Assembly: GCA_947475005.1 (NCBI GenBank)
Contig: CANJLI010000005.1
Location: 5,858 to 69,857, forward strand
DNA length: 64,000 nucleotides
From: Deltaproteobacteria bacterium
GTDB taxonomy: Bacteria > Bdellovibrionota_B > Oligoflexia > Oligoflexales > Bog-1112
Reading direction: 5' to 3'
The stretch's first letter is position 1; the number at the start of each line of letters is the position of its first letter. Of the stretch, positions 17,701 to 29,184 are shown piece by piece. The position numbers were made by a program, and so were the translations under genes. The notes below the pieces were generated by a model. That model ran no database searches. It saw only the letters and a list, made by a program, of their open reading frames with translations, and had not been told where the DNA came from.

Positions 17701-19146
17701 TTAGGGGGTTCGACGGGAAAATCCTTTTTTTCGTTTACTCGATGGCAAAATATGCATCTGCTCGCGATATTTAGCTACAGTACGTCTCGCTACTTTGATC
17801 CCCTCTTGCTCGAGGAGTACCACCAGTTTTTGATCTGAGAGAGCGCTACCAGACTCTTTGCTAACCAAGATCTTGATACGTTCCTTCACCGATTGACTGG
17901 CAACATCCCCCTCTTCTGTATGAATGGAGCTATTGAAAAAATATCGCAGCTCAAAGACCCCTCGCGGGCACTGCAAATATTTTTGATGGGTCACTCGGCT
18001 CACAGTGGACTCATGCAAACCGAGTTCATCTGCTACATCTTTTAAAATCATAGGCTTGAGCGCTTGAATACCCAGCTCAAAGAAATTGCGTTGACGCTCC
18101 ACAATTTTCTCTGTCACACGCAAAATGGTTCGTTGGCGTTGATGCAAACTTTTTAGCAGCCAATTGGCAGAGCGTAATTTTTCTTGGAAGTAGTCCTTGT
18201 TAAGCGCTGCCTCCTGACCATGCAGCATCTCTTGGTAATATTCACTAACTTGCAACCGATTCCATCCGTCCTCTTGCAGAGCAACCACCCACTCATGACC
18301 TACCTTAAATACTGCCACATCCGGCAACACGGCATCCACACGGGAAGGACCGAAATTTCTCGCAGGAATGGGATCCAAATCCGCTAAAGCGGAAAGATGT
18401 TCCACCAATTGCTCTGGAGTCAATTCCAATTTTTTGGCAAGTTGGGCATAATTTTGTTTTTGCAAATCCTCGAGATGGTGTTCTACGATGACTTCGATAA
18501 CACCATCCTTTAACTTTTTCTCCCGCAGTTGCAACAGCAGACATTCTTGCATGGTACGCGCCGCTACCCCTGGTGGATCCAATCGCTGAAGGGTATCCAA
18601 AACCCCTTCCACAAGGTCCATATCGTAAGATCCTTTTTCGGAAATCTCCTGCAAGGAAATATCTAAAAAACCCGTATCTCCGATATTGCCGATGAGAAGA
18701 ACCGCAATGTCGTGTTCTTCCTCTGTAAGCGAAACCTCTCCAATTTGATCGAGAAGATACTCCGAGAGTGTCTTCTCGTTGGAGATCAAATTTTCATAGT
18801 TGATAGAATCCGTTTGACGATTCACATACCGATTGTCGATTTCACTCGATTCTTTGCTGTGATCAAAGGTCTCGAGAGTAGCCGGCTTTTCTCCCTTTTC
18901 TGCAGGGTCTAAAAAATTCACGGTTTCATCGACCTGATCCAAGAAGGATTCTTCCCCCGATTTTTCAACCGGAGATCCCTCAGAGGATTCTTTTTCCTCC
19001 AGAAAGGGATTCTCTGCCAACTGTTGGGAAATGTACGCCTCAATCTCAACGCGAGACAATTGCAACAGCTTGATGGCTTGCTGCAACTGTGGCGTCATCA
19101 AGAGCTGTTGGGTAAGCTTGAGATTTTGTCGCAGATCAATTGCCAT
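17701..19146 (-). CDS. rpoN: RNA polymerase sigma-54 factor
   Basis: N-terminal Q/L-rich region (LKLTQQLLMTPQLQQAIKLLQL) and C-terminal RpoN box ARRTVAKYR. Confidence 0.95.
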   Translation of the reverse strand: MAIDLRQNLKLTQQLLMTPQLQQAIKLLQLSRVEIEAYISQQLAENPFLEEKESSEGSPVEKSGEESFLDQVDETVNFLDPAEKGEKPATLETFDHSKESSEIDNRYVNRQTDSINYENLISNEKTLSEYLLDQIGEVSLTEEEHDIAVLLIGNIGDTGFLDISLQEISEKGSYDMDLVEGVLDTLQRLDPPGVAARTMQECLLLQLREKKLKDGVIEVIVEHHLEDLQKQNYAQLAKKLELTPEQLVEHLSALADLDPIPARNFGPSRVDAVLPDVAVFKVGHEWVVALQEDGWNRLQVSEYYQEMLHGQEAALNKDYFQEKLRSANWLLKSLHQRQRTILRVTEKIVERQRNFFELGIQALKPMILKDVADELGLHESTVSRVTHQKYLQCPRGVFELRYFFNSSIHTEEGDVASQSVKERIKILVSKESGSALSDQKLVVLLEQEGIKVARRTVAKYREQMHILPSSKRKKGFSRRTP

Positions 19147-19158
19147 GCTTGGCCTTTT

Positions 19159-19887
19159 CTACAATTGGAAATTATCTCCCAAATAAATTTCGCGCACTTT
19201 TTGATTGTTCAATACATCATCGGGAGACCCTTCGGAAATAATCTGCCCCCCAGACAACACATACGCTCGATCGCAGATCCCCAAGGTCTCTCGCACGTTG
19301 TGATCGGTAATTAGAATCCCGATCCCTTCGTCCTTTAGCTTTCGAATAATCCCTTGAATCTCTTGTACCGTAACCGGATCCACCCCTGCAAAGGGTTCAT
19401 CCAAGAGGAGAAATTTAGGATTGATAATGAGAGATCTCGCAATTTCAACCCGACGCCTCTCCCCCCCCGATAAAGAAACCCCCAGCGACTTTGCGATGTG
19501 TCCGATTTGAAACTTTCGAAGCAACGCTTCTACCATCAAATCCTGGTTCTCCTTCGAAAGACCCATGATCTCCGTTACCGCACGCAGGTTTTCTTCTACC
19601 GTGAGTTTTTTAAAAATTGAAACGTTTTGTGGTAAGTAGCTAATCCCTTTTTGAGCGCGAATATGAATGGGCAGTTGGGTAATAGCCTCATCCCCCAACC
19701 AAATTTCCCCCTCATCTGGAGCCAAAAGACCCACCATCATATAGAAGCTAGTGGTTTTCCCCGCTCCATTGGGCCCCAGCAACCCTACGATTTCTCCGGT
19801 CTTTACCGAAATAGAAACCTCATTCACCACTTTGCGGGATTTAAAATGCTTGCTGATGTGTTTGGCCGACAGCACGATCTCTTTCAT
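19159..19887 (-). CDS. lptB: LPS export ABC transporter ATP-binding protein
   Basis: Walker A GPNGAGKTT, signature LSGGERRRVEIARSL. Located between lptA and rpoN. Confidence 0.9.
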   Translation of the reverse strand: MKEIVLSAKHISKHFKSRKVVNEVSISVKTGEIVGLLGPNGAGKTTSFYMMVGLLAPDEGEIWLGDEAITQLPIHIRAQKGISYLPQNVSIFKKLTVEENLRAVTEIMGLSKENQDLMVEALLRKFQIGHIAKSLGVSLSGGERRRVEIARSLIINPKFLLLDEPFAGVDPVTVQEIQGIIRKLKDEGIGILITDHNVRETLGICDRAYVLSGGQIISEGSPDDVLNNQKVREIYLGDNFQL

Positions 19888-20630
19888 GGGTGTTGCTTCT
19901 TCGTAGGTTGGGTAGTTTTAGACTCTTCCGGTGTCAATGTACCTTGAACTTTCCCCGCTTTGATATGACCGGTGTCGACATTATATTCGATATAAGCCCC
20001 CCTAAATTCATCCTTTCCACGACGCAACTTCGCATTTTCTTTCAAGGTAATCAAACGAGCCTGGGTTTCATAAATTGCAATATTGCCAGTAGCGGTAATC
20101 AACTCCTGGGTATCGGGGTCTTTCTTCGTTACCACCACATTCCCATAGGCCTCCACCCGCTCTACCTCTTCCCCATCGGGTTGAAAAAAAACCTTGGCCT
20201 TGTCCCCCGTGATCTTTAAACCCTCTTGGGTGATCTGCACATTTTTCTCTAACTCAATAAAGCCTTCTTTTTTAAGCCCATTAAACAGATCCCCCTCAAA
20301 GAAAACCGGAGCTTTTCCTGATGTTTTAGCAGATGCTGCTTCAGAAATTGGAGCACGAGAGGCTGGCGCAGGACTAGCAGGCGCAGAAACAGGAGGACGA
20401 GGCGCAATAGCGGCCTTCTCTTTGACGATAGGAGGAGCTACAACCGCTGCCTTTGGTGGCACCGCGGGTGACTCGCCGAGATCCACAAGGTCTCCCTTGG
20501 CAACAAGGGCCCACCAGCAGACGAATAGCAAAACTGCATCTGTATATCTAAGGCGAATGGGGAGCCTCCTCCAGTTGAGCCGCGCCTTGCACACGACCGA
20601 GTAAATGAACTTCTTCCTTCTCGAGGCCAA
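19884..20630 (-). CDS. lptA: LptA/OstA-like LPS transport protein with N-terminal hydrophobic segment and Pro/Ala-rich linker
   Basis: The C-terminal ~140 aa resemble the OstA_N fold (ITGDKAKVF..., ATGNIAIYE..., GAYIEYN). Synteny lptC-lptA-lptB. Confidence 0.7.
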   Translation of the reverse strand: MASRRKKFIYSVVCKARLNWRRLPIRLRYTDAVLLFVCWWALVAKGDLVDLGESPAVPPKAAVVAPPIVKEKAAIAPRPPVSAPASPAPASRAPISEAASAKTSGKAPVFFEGDLFNGLKKEGFIELEKNVQITQEGLKITGDKAKVFFQPDGEEVERVEAYGNVVVTKKDPDTQELITATGNIAIYETQARLITLKENAKLRRGKDEFRGAYIEYNVDTGHIKAGKVQGTLTPEESKTTQPTKKQHP

Positions 20631-21153
20631 CGGTAAAACCTTCTTGGCCTAGAATCCAGTGACCTCTTCCTCGCAATTTTACAGGCAAATGACCCATAAT
20701 ACTTTGACTTTTTGCCTGGTACTCTGCTTGCTCTGTAGTCAAAGTGTAGTCATCCCTGGCAACTACCACATCTTTCTCCACCTCCGCTCGATCCAGCTTG
20801 GCTTCGCCCGCAAAAGGGCGACCTCCTCCGGCACGCTGAGAAATCCACGCCCGCCCCTCCTGGGCATGCAATGATTCCTCACGCCCATTTTTTACACGCC
20901 AAGCATGTAGATGCCCGTGGACCTCCACCCGGTTGGATGAATAAAATTCGCCGCGATCTCCACTGATACGGCTGATGAGATGCGCCCCCCGTTCATGCCG
21001 AAAGACCACGAAGTTTTCCAAGAGGAGGATGGGGCTGTCGCTCTGCTGGTTGCTAATTTTCTGCCGCAGCGAGTCCGTAGGGCGGACGTAGAACACCCAA
21101 CCGGCAAAGCAAAAAAGACTGACAAAGCTGAACACAAGGAAATTGCGCATCAT
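20548..21153 (-). CDS. lptC: LptC-like protein (start chosen at MMRNF)
   Basis: N-terminal anchor FLVFSFVSLFCFAGWVFYV, size ~200 aa, position immediately upstream of lptA. Sequence similarity itself is weak. Confidence 0.6.
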   Translation of the reverse strand: MMRNFLVFSFVSLFCFAGWVFYVRPTDSLRQKISNQQSDSPILLLENFVVFRHERGAHLISRISGDRGEFYSSNRVEVHGHLHAWRVKNGREESLHAQEGRAWISQRAGGGRPFAGEAKLDRAEVEKDVVVARDDYTLTTEQAEYQAKSQSIMGHLPVKLRGRGHWILGQEGFTVGLEKEEVHLLGRVQGAAQLEEAPHSP

Positions 21154-21188
21154 AAAAATCCTCTCCCTAGGTCCCCCCGATATAATTT

Positions 21189-21278
21189 CTGTCATCCCAA
21201 GGCTGCGTAGCAGCCGTATGGGATCCCTGCGTTTTTATCGAGATCCCATACGGCTGCTACGCAGCCTTGGGATGACGG
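21189..21278. repeat. REPIN-like element, near-perfect palindrome
   Basis: ctgtcatcccaaggctgcgtagcagccgtatgggatccctgcgtttttatcgagatcccatacggctgctacgcagccttgggatgacgg. Confidence 0.9.
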
Positions 21279-21286
21279 GCACTACC

Positions 21287-24038
<2,752 letters not shown>

Positions 24039-24109
24039 CTACAGGATTTTCGCGTACAATAATAAGAGGCTGCTTTCATTTTTTTCTTCTCTTTATAGCA
24101 AGGGCTACC

Positions 24110-25105
24110 ATGATACGCATACCAATTGGATTCCTCTGGATCAGCGCTTTGGTTGTGGCTTCACAAGGGCTATTGGGTGCTACCATTGTCAGATTGAGCG
24201 AGGAGCAGCATGCGGTGCTACTGAATGCCGGGGAGACCGAGGGGTTTTCGACGGGCAAATCCGTTTGTTTTTTTGACAAACCCGAGCAACAGATCCTTTG
24301 CGGGAAAATTGTAAAAAGCACCAAAAACCACGCCTATGTGCGTGTGAAGCGGGAGGAAATCGTGAGCCTGCGCAAGGGATTGTCCGCCCAGCTTCAACCA
24401 GACCCCCCGCATAAATGGGAGCTCACAGGTGCGTATACCCCATGGATCGCCACCCCTTTCACCGTCACAGTACCTAACTATTTACCCCCGGCAAAAGAGG
24501 CAACACAGACCAACACCCTATGGAAAGCCAACAAAAAACTCTCCTCTAGCTTTACTTCGGGAGCCCTGGAACTCCTGCTGCCCATGATTCATGTACGCGC
24601 AGGCCTTCGCTACCTGCAATTCCCCACTGTGAGCACTGTACAATCCAACTATGATCCGGCAAATACCTCCTCCTACGTAGAACGTTCTTTTTCCGGATCT
24701 GCACTCGGCCTTTTTGGCGCCTATGACTTGATACGCAAAGGGAGGTTTTCCCTGGGAGCCGGCCTTGATGTGAACCAAAGTACCGCGACAATGAAGGCGC
24801 AAGCCAAGAACGATACGAAGACCCTCGACAAAACCATTTTCTCGATCAAATCGGTCCTTACTGTTGTTTCTTTATATATTCCAGTCCGATACAACCTCCC
24901 CTTATTTGATTCCTCCTTTACCCTAGGACTTGGGGGAGATTTCCTCTTGCCTCTATTTGCCATGGGTACCCCCCAAGTTACGGAAGCCGACAGCGTAAAT
25001 GGTAGCAAAGTGCCGGACGCCATCGCCGATGCCCAGGGTGTATTGGCTCATAAGAAGAACAGTTTTGGTTTGGCTATTGTCGTGGGGCTAACCTATTGGC
25101 GGTAG
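24110..25105 (+). CDS. Probable outer-membrane beta-barrel protein (start trimmed to MIRIPIGF)
   Basis: Signal peptide IGFLWISALVVASQG. Alternating-hydrophobicity strands and aromatic C-terminus ...GLAIVVGLTYWR. Confidence 0.55.
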   Translation: MIRIPIGFLWISALVVASQGLLGATIVRLSEEQHAVLLNAGETEGFSTGKSVCFFDKPEQQILCGKIVKSTKNHAYVRVKREEIVSLRKGLSAQLQPDPPHKWELTGAYTPWIATPFTVTVPNYLPPAKEATQTNTLWKANKKLSSSFTSGALELLLPMIHVRAGLRYLQFPTVSTVQSNYDPANTSSYVERSFSGSALGLFGAYDLIRKGRFSLGAGLDVNQSTATMKAQAKNDTKTLDKTIFSIKSVLTVVSLYIPVRYNLPLFDSSFTLGLGGDFLLPLFAMGTPQVTEADSVNGSKVPDAIADAQGVLAHKKNSFGLAIVVGLTYWR

Positions 25106-25154
25106 ATGGGGGGGTAGGGATGAGATCGTGGACACCCACCGAAATCCCCCCACT

Positions 25155-25373
25155 CCGTCATCCCAAGGTCCCGGAGGGACCGTATGGGATCTCTGCTCCG
25201 TCATCCCAAGGTCCCGGAGGGACCGTATGGGATCTCTGCTCCGTCATCCCAAGGTCCCGGAGGGACCGTATGGGATCTCTGCGTTTTTATCGAGATCCCA
25301 TACGGCTGCTACGCAGCCTTGGGATGACGGAGCAGAGATCCCATACGGCTGCTACGCAGCCTTGGGATGACGG
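25155..25373. repeat. Cluster of five hairpin units: three direct (43-bp period), a central spacer, then two inverted
   Basis: 3 x ccgtcatcccaaggtcccggagggaccgtatgggatctctgct, then gcgtttttatcga, then 2 x gatcccatacggctgctacgcagccttgggatgacgg. Confidence 0.9.
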
Positions 25374-25430
25374 ACGCTGCTCGGAGGGGGGAGGGATGGG
25401 GATGACGGAATGGAATGAGGGATGACAGTT

Positions 25431-26351
25431 TCACAAAGTCATGCGTTCTGCTAAGGAAGGAGAAGCCTCCCGATACAGCGTCACAGAGAACCCCGCGAGA
25501 AATGCCAGCAAGACGCTATACCCTGCAATGCGCAGGCAGTGCCCCACCAACCCCAAGGGAGAAAAAGGCATGCCCCAAACGGGAGCACTGAAACTAGCCG
25601 GCAACAAGCCCCCCATGCCAGCACCTTCCAAATGGAATTGAAGAAACAGAACTTCCAGCCCGATCCTCGCCATAGAAACAAAAGACATCGTCATAATGAG
25701 AATAAAGGCCATGCGAAAAGCCCCCCCGCGTTGGATATTGGTATACCGAAAAAATAAGGCATGCCCCAAGGAGCGCCACATCCCTTGCTTTTCATGCAAG
25801 CTGATGACGATGGCAAGGAGGGCAAAGGCGCTAAACACATGCAGAGAAGAGAAGAAGAGCTGCTCTACGCTCAGTATCAGGAGAAAGCCCACAAAGGGAA
25901 TGCCCTTGGGTAGCAACAGCTTCACCCCATGCCAGCAGAGCTGGGGAAGAGATCGGGGGGATTCTTCCCCACAACTTTGTAGGAAGAACAGGATCAGCAC
26001 CAGGTACCCGGTAAGCAACACCAGAGCTAGACCCAAAAATCCACCGAGGTAGGGCCCCAAAAACAGATAAAAGGACTCGAGCAGAGAGAGGTACCCCCCG
26101 ATAGTAGGGACCTGGTCTTGGACAGCCACCGCATGTTGGATGGCATCTGCAGCCACAATCCCTTGATACCCCATCCAAATCTCCAAACAAAACTGGGGGA
26201 TAAAGAAAAATCCTAGGAGGATCGGCGCCACCCAACGGGAAGTTTGGGTAAGCAAAGAGAACGTTTGACCCCAAACGGTCCATAAGGTGGGTGTATAAGT
26301 GGCATGTTGCATGGTAAAAACCCTATCTATGTCTTGGCTATCGTTTGACAA
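25431..26351 (-). CDS. Polytopic integral membrane protein, function unknown
   Basis: 306-aa ORF with multiple long hydrophobic segments. I recognise no motif. Confidence 0.55.
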   Translation of the reverse strand: MSNDSQDIDRVFTMQHATYTPTLWTVWGQTFSLLTQTSRWVAPILLGFFFIPQFCLEIWMGYQGIVAADAIQHAVAVQDQVPTIGGYLSLLESFYLFLGPYLGGFLGLALVLLTGYLVLILFFLQSCGEESPRSLPQLCWHGVKLLLPKGIPFVGFLLILSVEQLFFSSLHVFSAFALLAIVISLHEKQGMWRSLGHALFFRYTNIQRGGAFRMAFILIMTMSFVSMARIGLEVLFLQFHLEGAGMGGLLPASFSAPVWGMPFSPLGLVGHCLRIAGYSVLLAFLAGFSVTLYREASPSLAERMTL

Positions 26352-26458
26352 AAGACGCGTAAAACCCCATTATATCCGGTTTGCTTCCATTCAAAAGTGG
26401 TAACGCAGCTAGGGCCTTTATACAGCCCCCTAACATACTGTAAAGAAGAGATCAGTTC

Positions 26459-29110
26459 ATGGACTTTCCATCGGCCTACAATCCGGAAAAAAATGAGAAG
26501 AAATGGTGGGACTTTTGGATTGCAGAGGATTTCTTTTCCTCTACCCCGAATCCTGACAAAAAAAGCTTCACCGCTTTGCTTCCTCCGCCCAATGTAACCG
26601 ATCGATTGCACATGGGCCACGGACTTGTGGTGACTACCCAAGACATTCTTACCCGATGGAAACGCATGTCGGGGTTCAACTGCTGTTGGTTGCCCGGTAC
26701 CGATCATGCAGGAATCGCCACCCAGATGATGGTGGAAAAATCCCTGCAGCAAGAAGGAAAAACGCGCCAAGAATTGGGCCGAGAGGCTTTCTTCCAGCTC
26801 TGCTGTGAGTGGAAAGACAAAAACGGCGATATCATCATTGAACAATTAAAAAAACTCGGTGCCTCCTGCGATTGGAAGCGCCAAGCCTATACCATGAGCG
26901 AAGGACTCTCCACAGCGGTACGGCGGATCTTTGTCTCCTTGTATGAAGATGGCCTTGTATACCGAGGCGAGCGCCTTGTGAATTGGGACCCTGCATTGCA
27001 GACTGCGGTCTCCGATGATGAGGTTTATAACGAAGAGATCAACGGCAATATGTATCACATCGCCTACCGCGTACGCGGTGCAGAGGCGGATACACAGGTT
27101 GTCGTGGCCACCACTCGCCCGGAAACCATGTTTGGGGATGCTGCGATTGCCGTGCATCCCGAGGATGAGCGCTACCAGACCCTCATCGGCAAAGAAGCCC
27201 AAATTCCTTGTACGGATCGCTGGATCCCGATTATCGCAGATACCTACGTCAAGCCGGAGTTTGGGACCGGATGCTTAAAGATTACCCCTGCCCATGACTT
27301 CAACGATTTCGAGGTCGGCCAGCGACATCACCTACCGCGCATCAATATCCTAAATCCTGATGCCACGCTTAATGAAACATGCCCCGAATTGGTCCGTGGA
27401 CAAGACCGATTTAAAGCGAGAGAAACCCTGGTGCGAGCCCTGAAAGACTCCCATCAGTTGATCAAGATCGTATCGATCCGTCACAGTGTGCCCTTCTCCG
27501 ATCGAGGCAAATGCCTGATTGAGCCACGCTTGTCCTTGCAGTGGTATGTAAAAATGCAGCCCCTTGCAGGCCCTGCAATTGAAGCTGCAGCAACGGGGGA
27601 TCTCAAATTTCACCCCGATACATGGCAGAAAACCTATTTCCACTGGCTCGAGAATATCCAAGACTGGTGCATCTCTCGGCAACTCTGGTGGGGACATCAG
27701 ATTCCCATTTGGTACTGCCAAGGGTGCCAAGCTATCAATACGGGCATGGAGGATCCTACCTCCTGCTCCACCTGTGGAAGCACTGATTTACAGCAAGATC
27801 CTGATGTATTGGATACGTGGTTTTCCAGCTGGCTGTGGCCTCTAAGCCCTTTTGGCTGGCCGGAAAAAACAAAAGATCTCGCTTACTATTTCCCTACCGA
27901 TATGCTGGTAACCGGTGCCGATATTATCTTCCTATGGGTAGCTCGTATGACCATGGTGTCGCTCTACACCATGCAAAAGGTGCCCTTTAAAGACGTGTGC
28001 TTCAATTCCATTATTTGCGACAAGGACGGTCGTAAGTTTTCCAAAACCCTGGGCAATGGTATCGATCCCCTCGAGGTGATTAAGAGCTATGGAGCCGATG
28101 CCGTGCGGTTCACCATGATCCAGCTGGCTCCCTTGGGAGGGCGCGTCAAACTCTCCATGGAAGACTTTGAGCATGGCAATCGGTTTATCAATAAGATCTG
28201 GAATGCAGCTCGGTTTCTTCACGGCAAACTGGGGGCTCAAACCCTGGTTCCCGTGGATTTCGAGGCACTGCCTCTGCCTTACCAGTGGTTGGTGCATGAG
28301 CTACACGTAGCTGCGACTCGTATGGACCAGCAATTGTCGAGCTACCAGATGCAGGAATCTGCACTGACCTTATACCAATTGATGTGGCACGCCTTCTGCG
28401 ATTGGGGCGTTGAGATCACCAAGGAAAGCATCGAAGGCAAGGGCACAGTAGAAGACCAACAAATTGCCTCTGCTGTCTATTTTGTATTCGAGGGGATCCT
28501 GCGATTGGCTTCTCCGTTTATTCCTTTCCTTGCAGAAGAACTGTGGACCCTGATTCCTGTTCATCCCCAGTGGAAACGGGAGAAGAGTCTGGTGATCTCT
28601 GCATTCCCTACTGCAGCGTCCACACCTGCATTCCCAGAGGCGGCTCATACGTGGAACCGATTGCAAGAGGTGATCTCGGGGGTTCGTTCCCTCAAGAGCC
28701 AGATGCAGGTGGAGAAGAAGAAAGACCTCGCTCTCTTTATTCGATGTGAAGCTGAGTTTCGTTCAGTGCTTGAATCCCAATTGCCTTTGGTAAAAAAACT
28801 ATCAGGCGTTGCGGATCTGCAGTTTGTCGCTTCCTTGCAAGAAGCAGGGGCCTGTCTTGCCAATGTAGGACCTGGGTGGAGCCTCTATGTACCACTCGCT
28901 GATTTGACCCAAATTCCCAAGGAAAAGACCCGGATTGCAGGCGAAATGCAACGCATCTCCAAGATCGTAATGGGGCTCGAGAAAAAGCTACAAAACGAAG
29001 CTTTCGTCCAAAATGCTCCTGCAGATGTGTTGGTGCAGGCCAAAGCCCAATTTGCCAATATGGGCTCTCAGTTGGAGTCTCTTCGAGAGAGTTTGGATTC
29101 TTTTGGGTAG
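26459..29110 (+). CDS. valS: Valine--tRNA ligase
   Basis: HIGH-type motif (DRLHMGHG), KMSKS-type motif (KFSKTLGN), C-terminal coiled coil. 883 aa. Confidence 0.95.
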   Translation: MDFPSAYNPEKNEKKWWDFWIAEDFFSSTPNPDKKSFTALLPPPNVTDRLHMGHGLVVTTQDILTRWKRMSGFNCCWLPGTDHAGIATQMMVEKSLQQEGKTRQELGREAFFQLCCEWKDKNGDIIIEQLKKLGASCDWKRQAYTMSEGLSTAVRRIFVSLYEDGLVYRGERLVNWDPALQTAVSDDEVYNEEINGNMYHIAYRVRGAEADTQVVVATTRPETMFGDAAIAVHPEDERYQTLIGKEAQIPCTDRWIPIIADTYVKPEFGTGCLKITPAHDFNDFEVGQRHHLPRINILNPDATLNETCPELVRGQDRFKARETLVRALKDSHQLIKIVSIRHSVPFSDRGKCLIEPRLSLQWYVKMQPLAGPAIEAAATGDLKFHPDTWQKTYFHWLENIQDWCISRQLWWGHQIPIWYCQGCQAINTGMEDPTSCSTCGSTDLQQDPDVLDTWFSSWLWPLSPFGWPEKTKDLAYYFPTDMLVTGADIIFLWVARMTMVSLYTMQKVPFKDVCFNSIICDKDGRKFSKTLGNGIDPLEVIKSYGADAVRFTMIQLAPLGGRVKLSMEDFEHGNRFINKIWNAARFLHGKLGAQTLVPVDFEALPLPYQWLVHELHVAATRMDQQLSSYQMQESALTLYQLMWHAFCDWGVEITKESIEGKGTVEDQQIASAVYFVFEGILRLASPFIPFLAEELWTLIPVHPQWKREKSLVISAFPTAASTPAFPEAAHTWNRLQEVISGVRSLKSQMQVEKKKDLALFIRCEAEFRSVLESQLPLVKKLSGVADLQFVASLQEAGACLANVGPGWSLYVPLADLTQIPKEKTRIAGEMQRISKIVMGLEKKLQNEAFVQNAPADVLVQAKAQFANMGSQLESLRESLDSFG

Positions 29111-29184
29111 TTTTTCTTTTTCTTTTTCTTTTTCTTTCGTGGAAACTGCGCAGCTGGTTCCACGAAAGAAAAAAAAGAAAAAAA
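29111..29184. repeat. 74-bp palindrome filling the whole valS-tdk gap: T/C-run, 25-nt core hairpin, A/G-run
   Basis: tttttctttttctttttctttttctttc GTGGAAactgcgcagctggTTCCAC gaaagaaaaaaaagaaaaaaa. The core spans 29139-29163. Confidence 0.85.

Noticed and set aside
25155-25373. Regularly spaced 43-bp repeats that at first glance resemble a small CRISPR array
   Set aside because: The units abut each other with no unique spacers and switch orientation mid-cluster. The same unit is dispersed singly or in pairs at seven other loci. No cas genes or leader are present.
25096-25425. ORFs 25096..25425 and 25128..25370, and similar ones at 15018..15452, 16527..17045, 21143..21532, 51399..51680 and 55900..56130
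   Set aside because: They are translations through the REPIN-like repeats. They share the same repeat-encoded peptides (..SRRDRMGSLRFYRDPIRLLRSLGMT..) in both orientations, and they lack start-site context.
28381-28400. Sigma-54 promoter-like string TGGCACgccttCTGC
   Set aside because: It lies inside valS, and the downstream element is CTGC rather than TTGC(A/T). No sigma-54-dependent gene follows.
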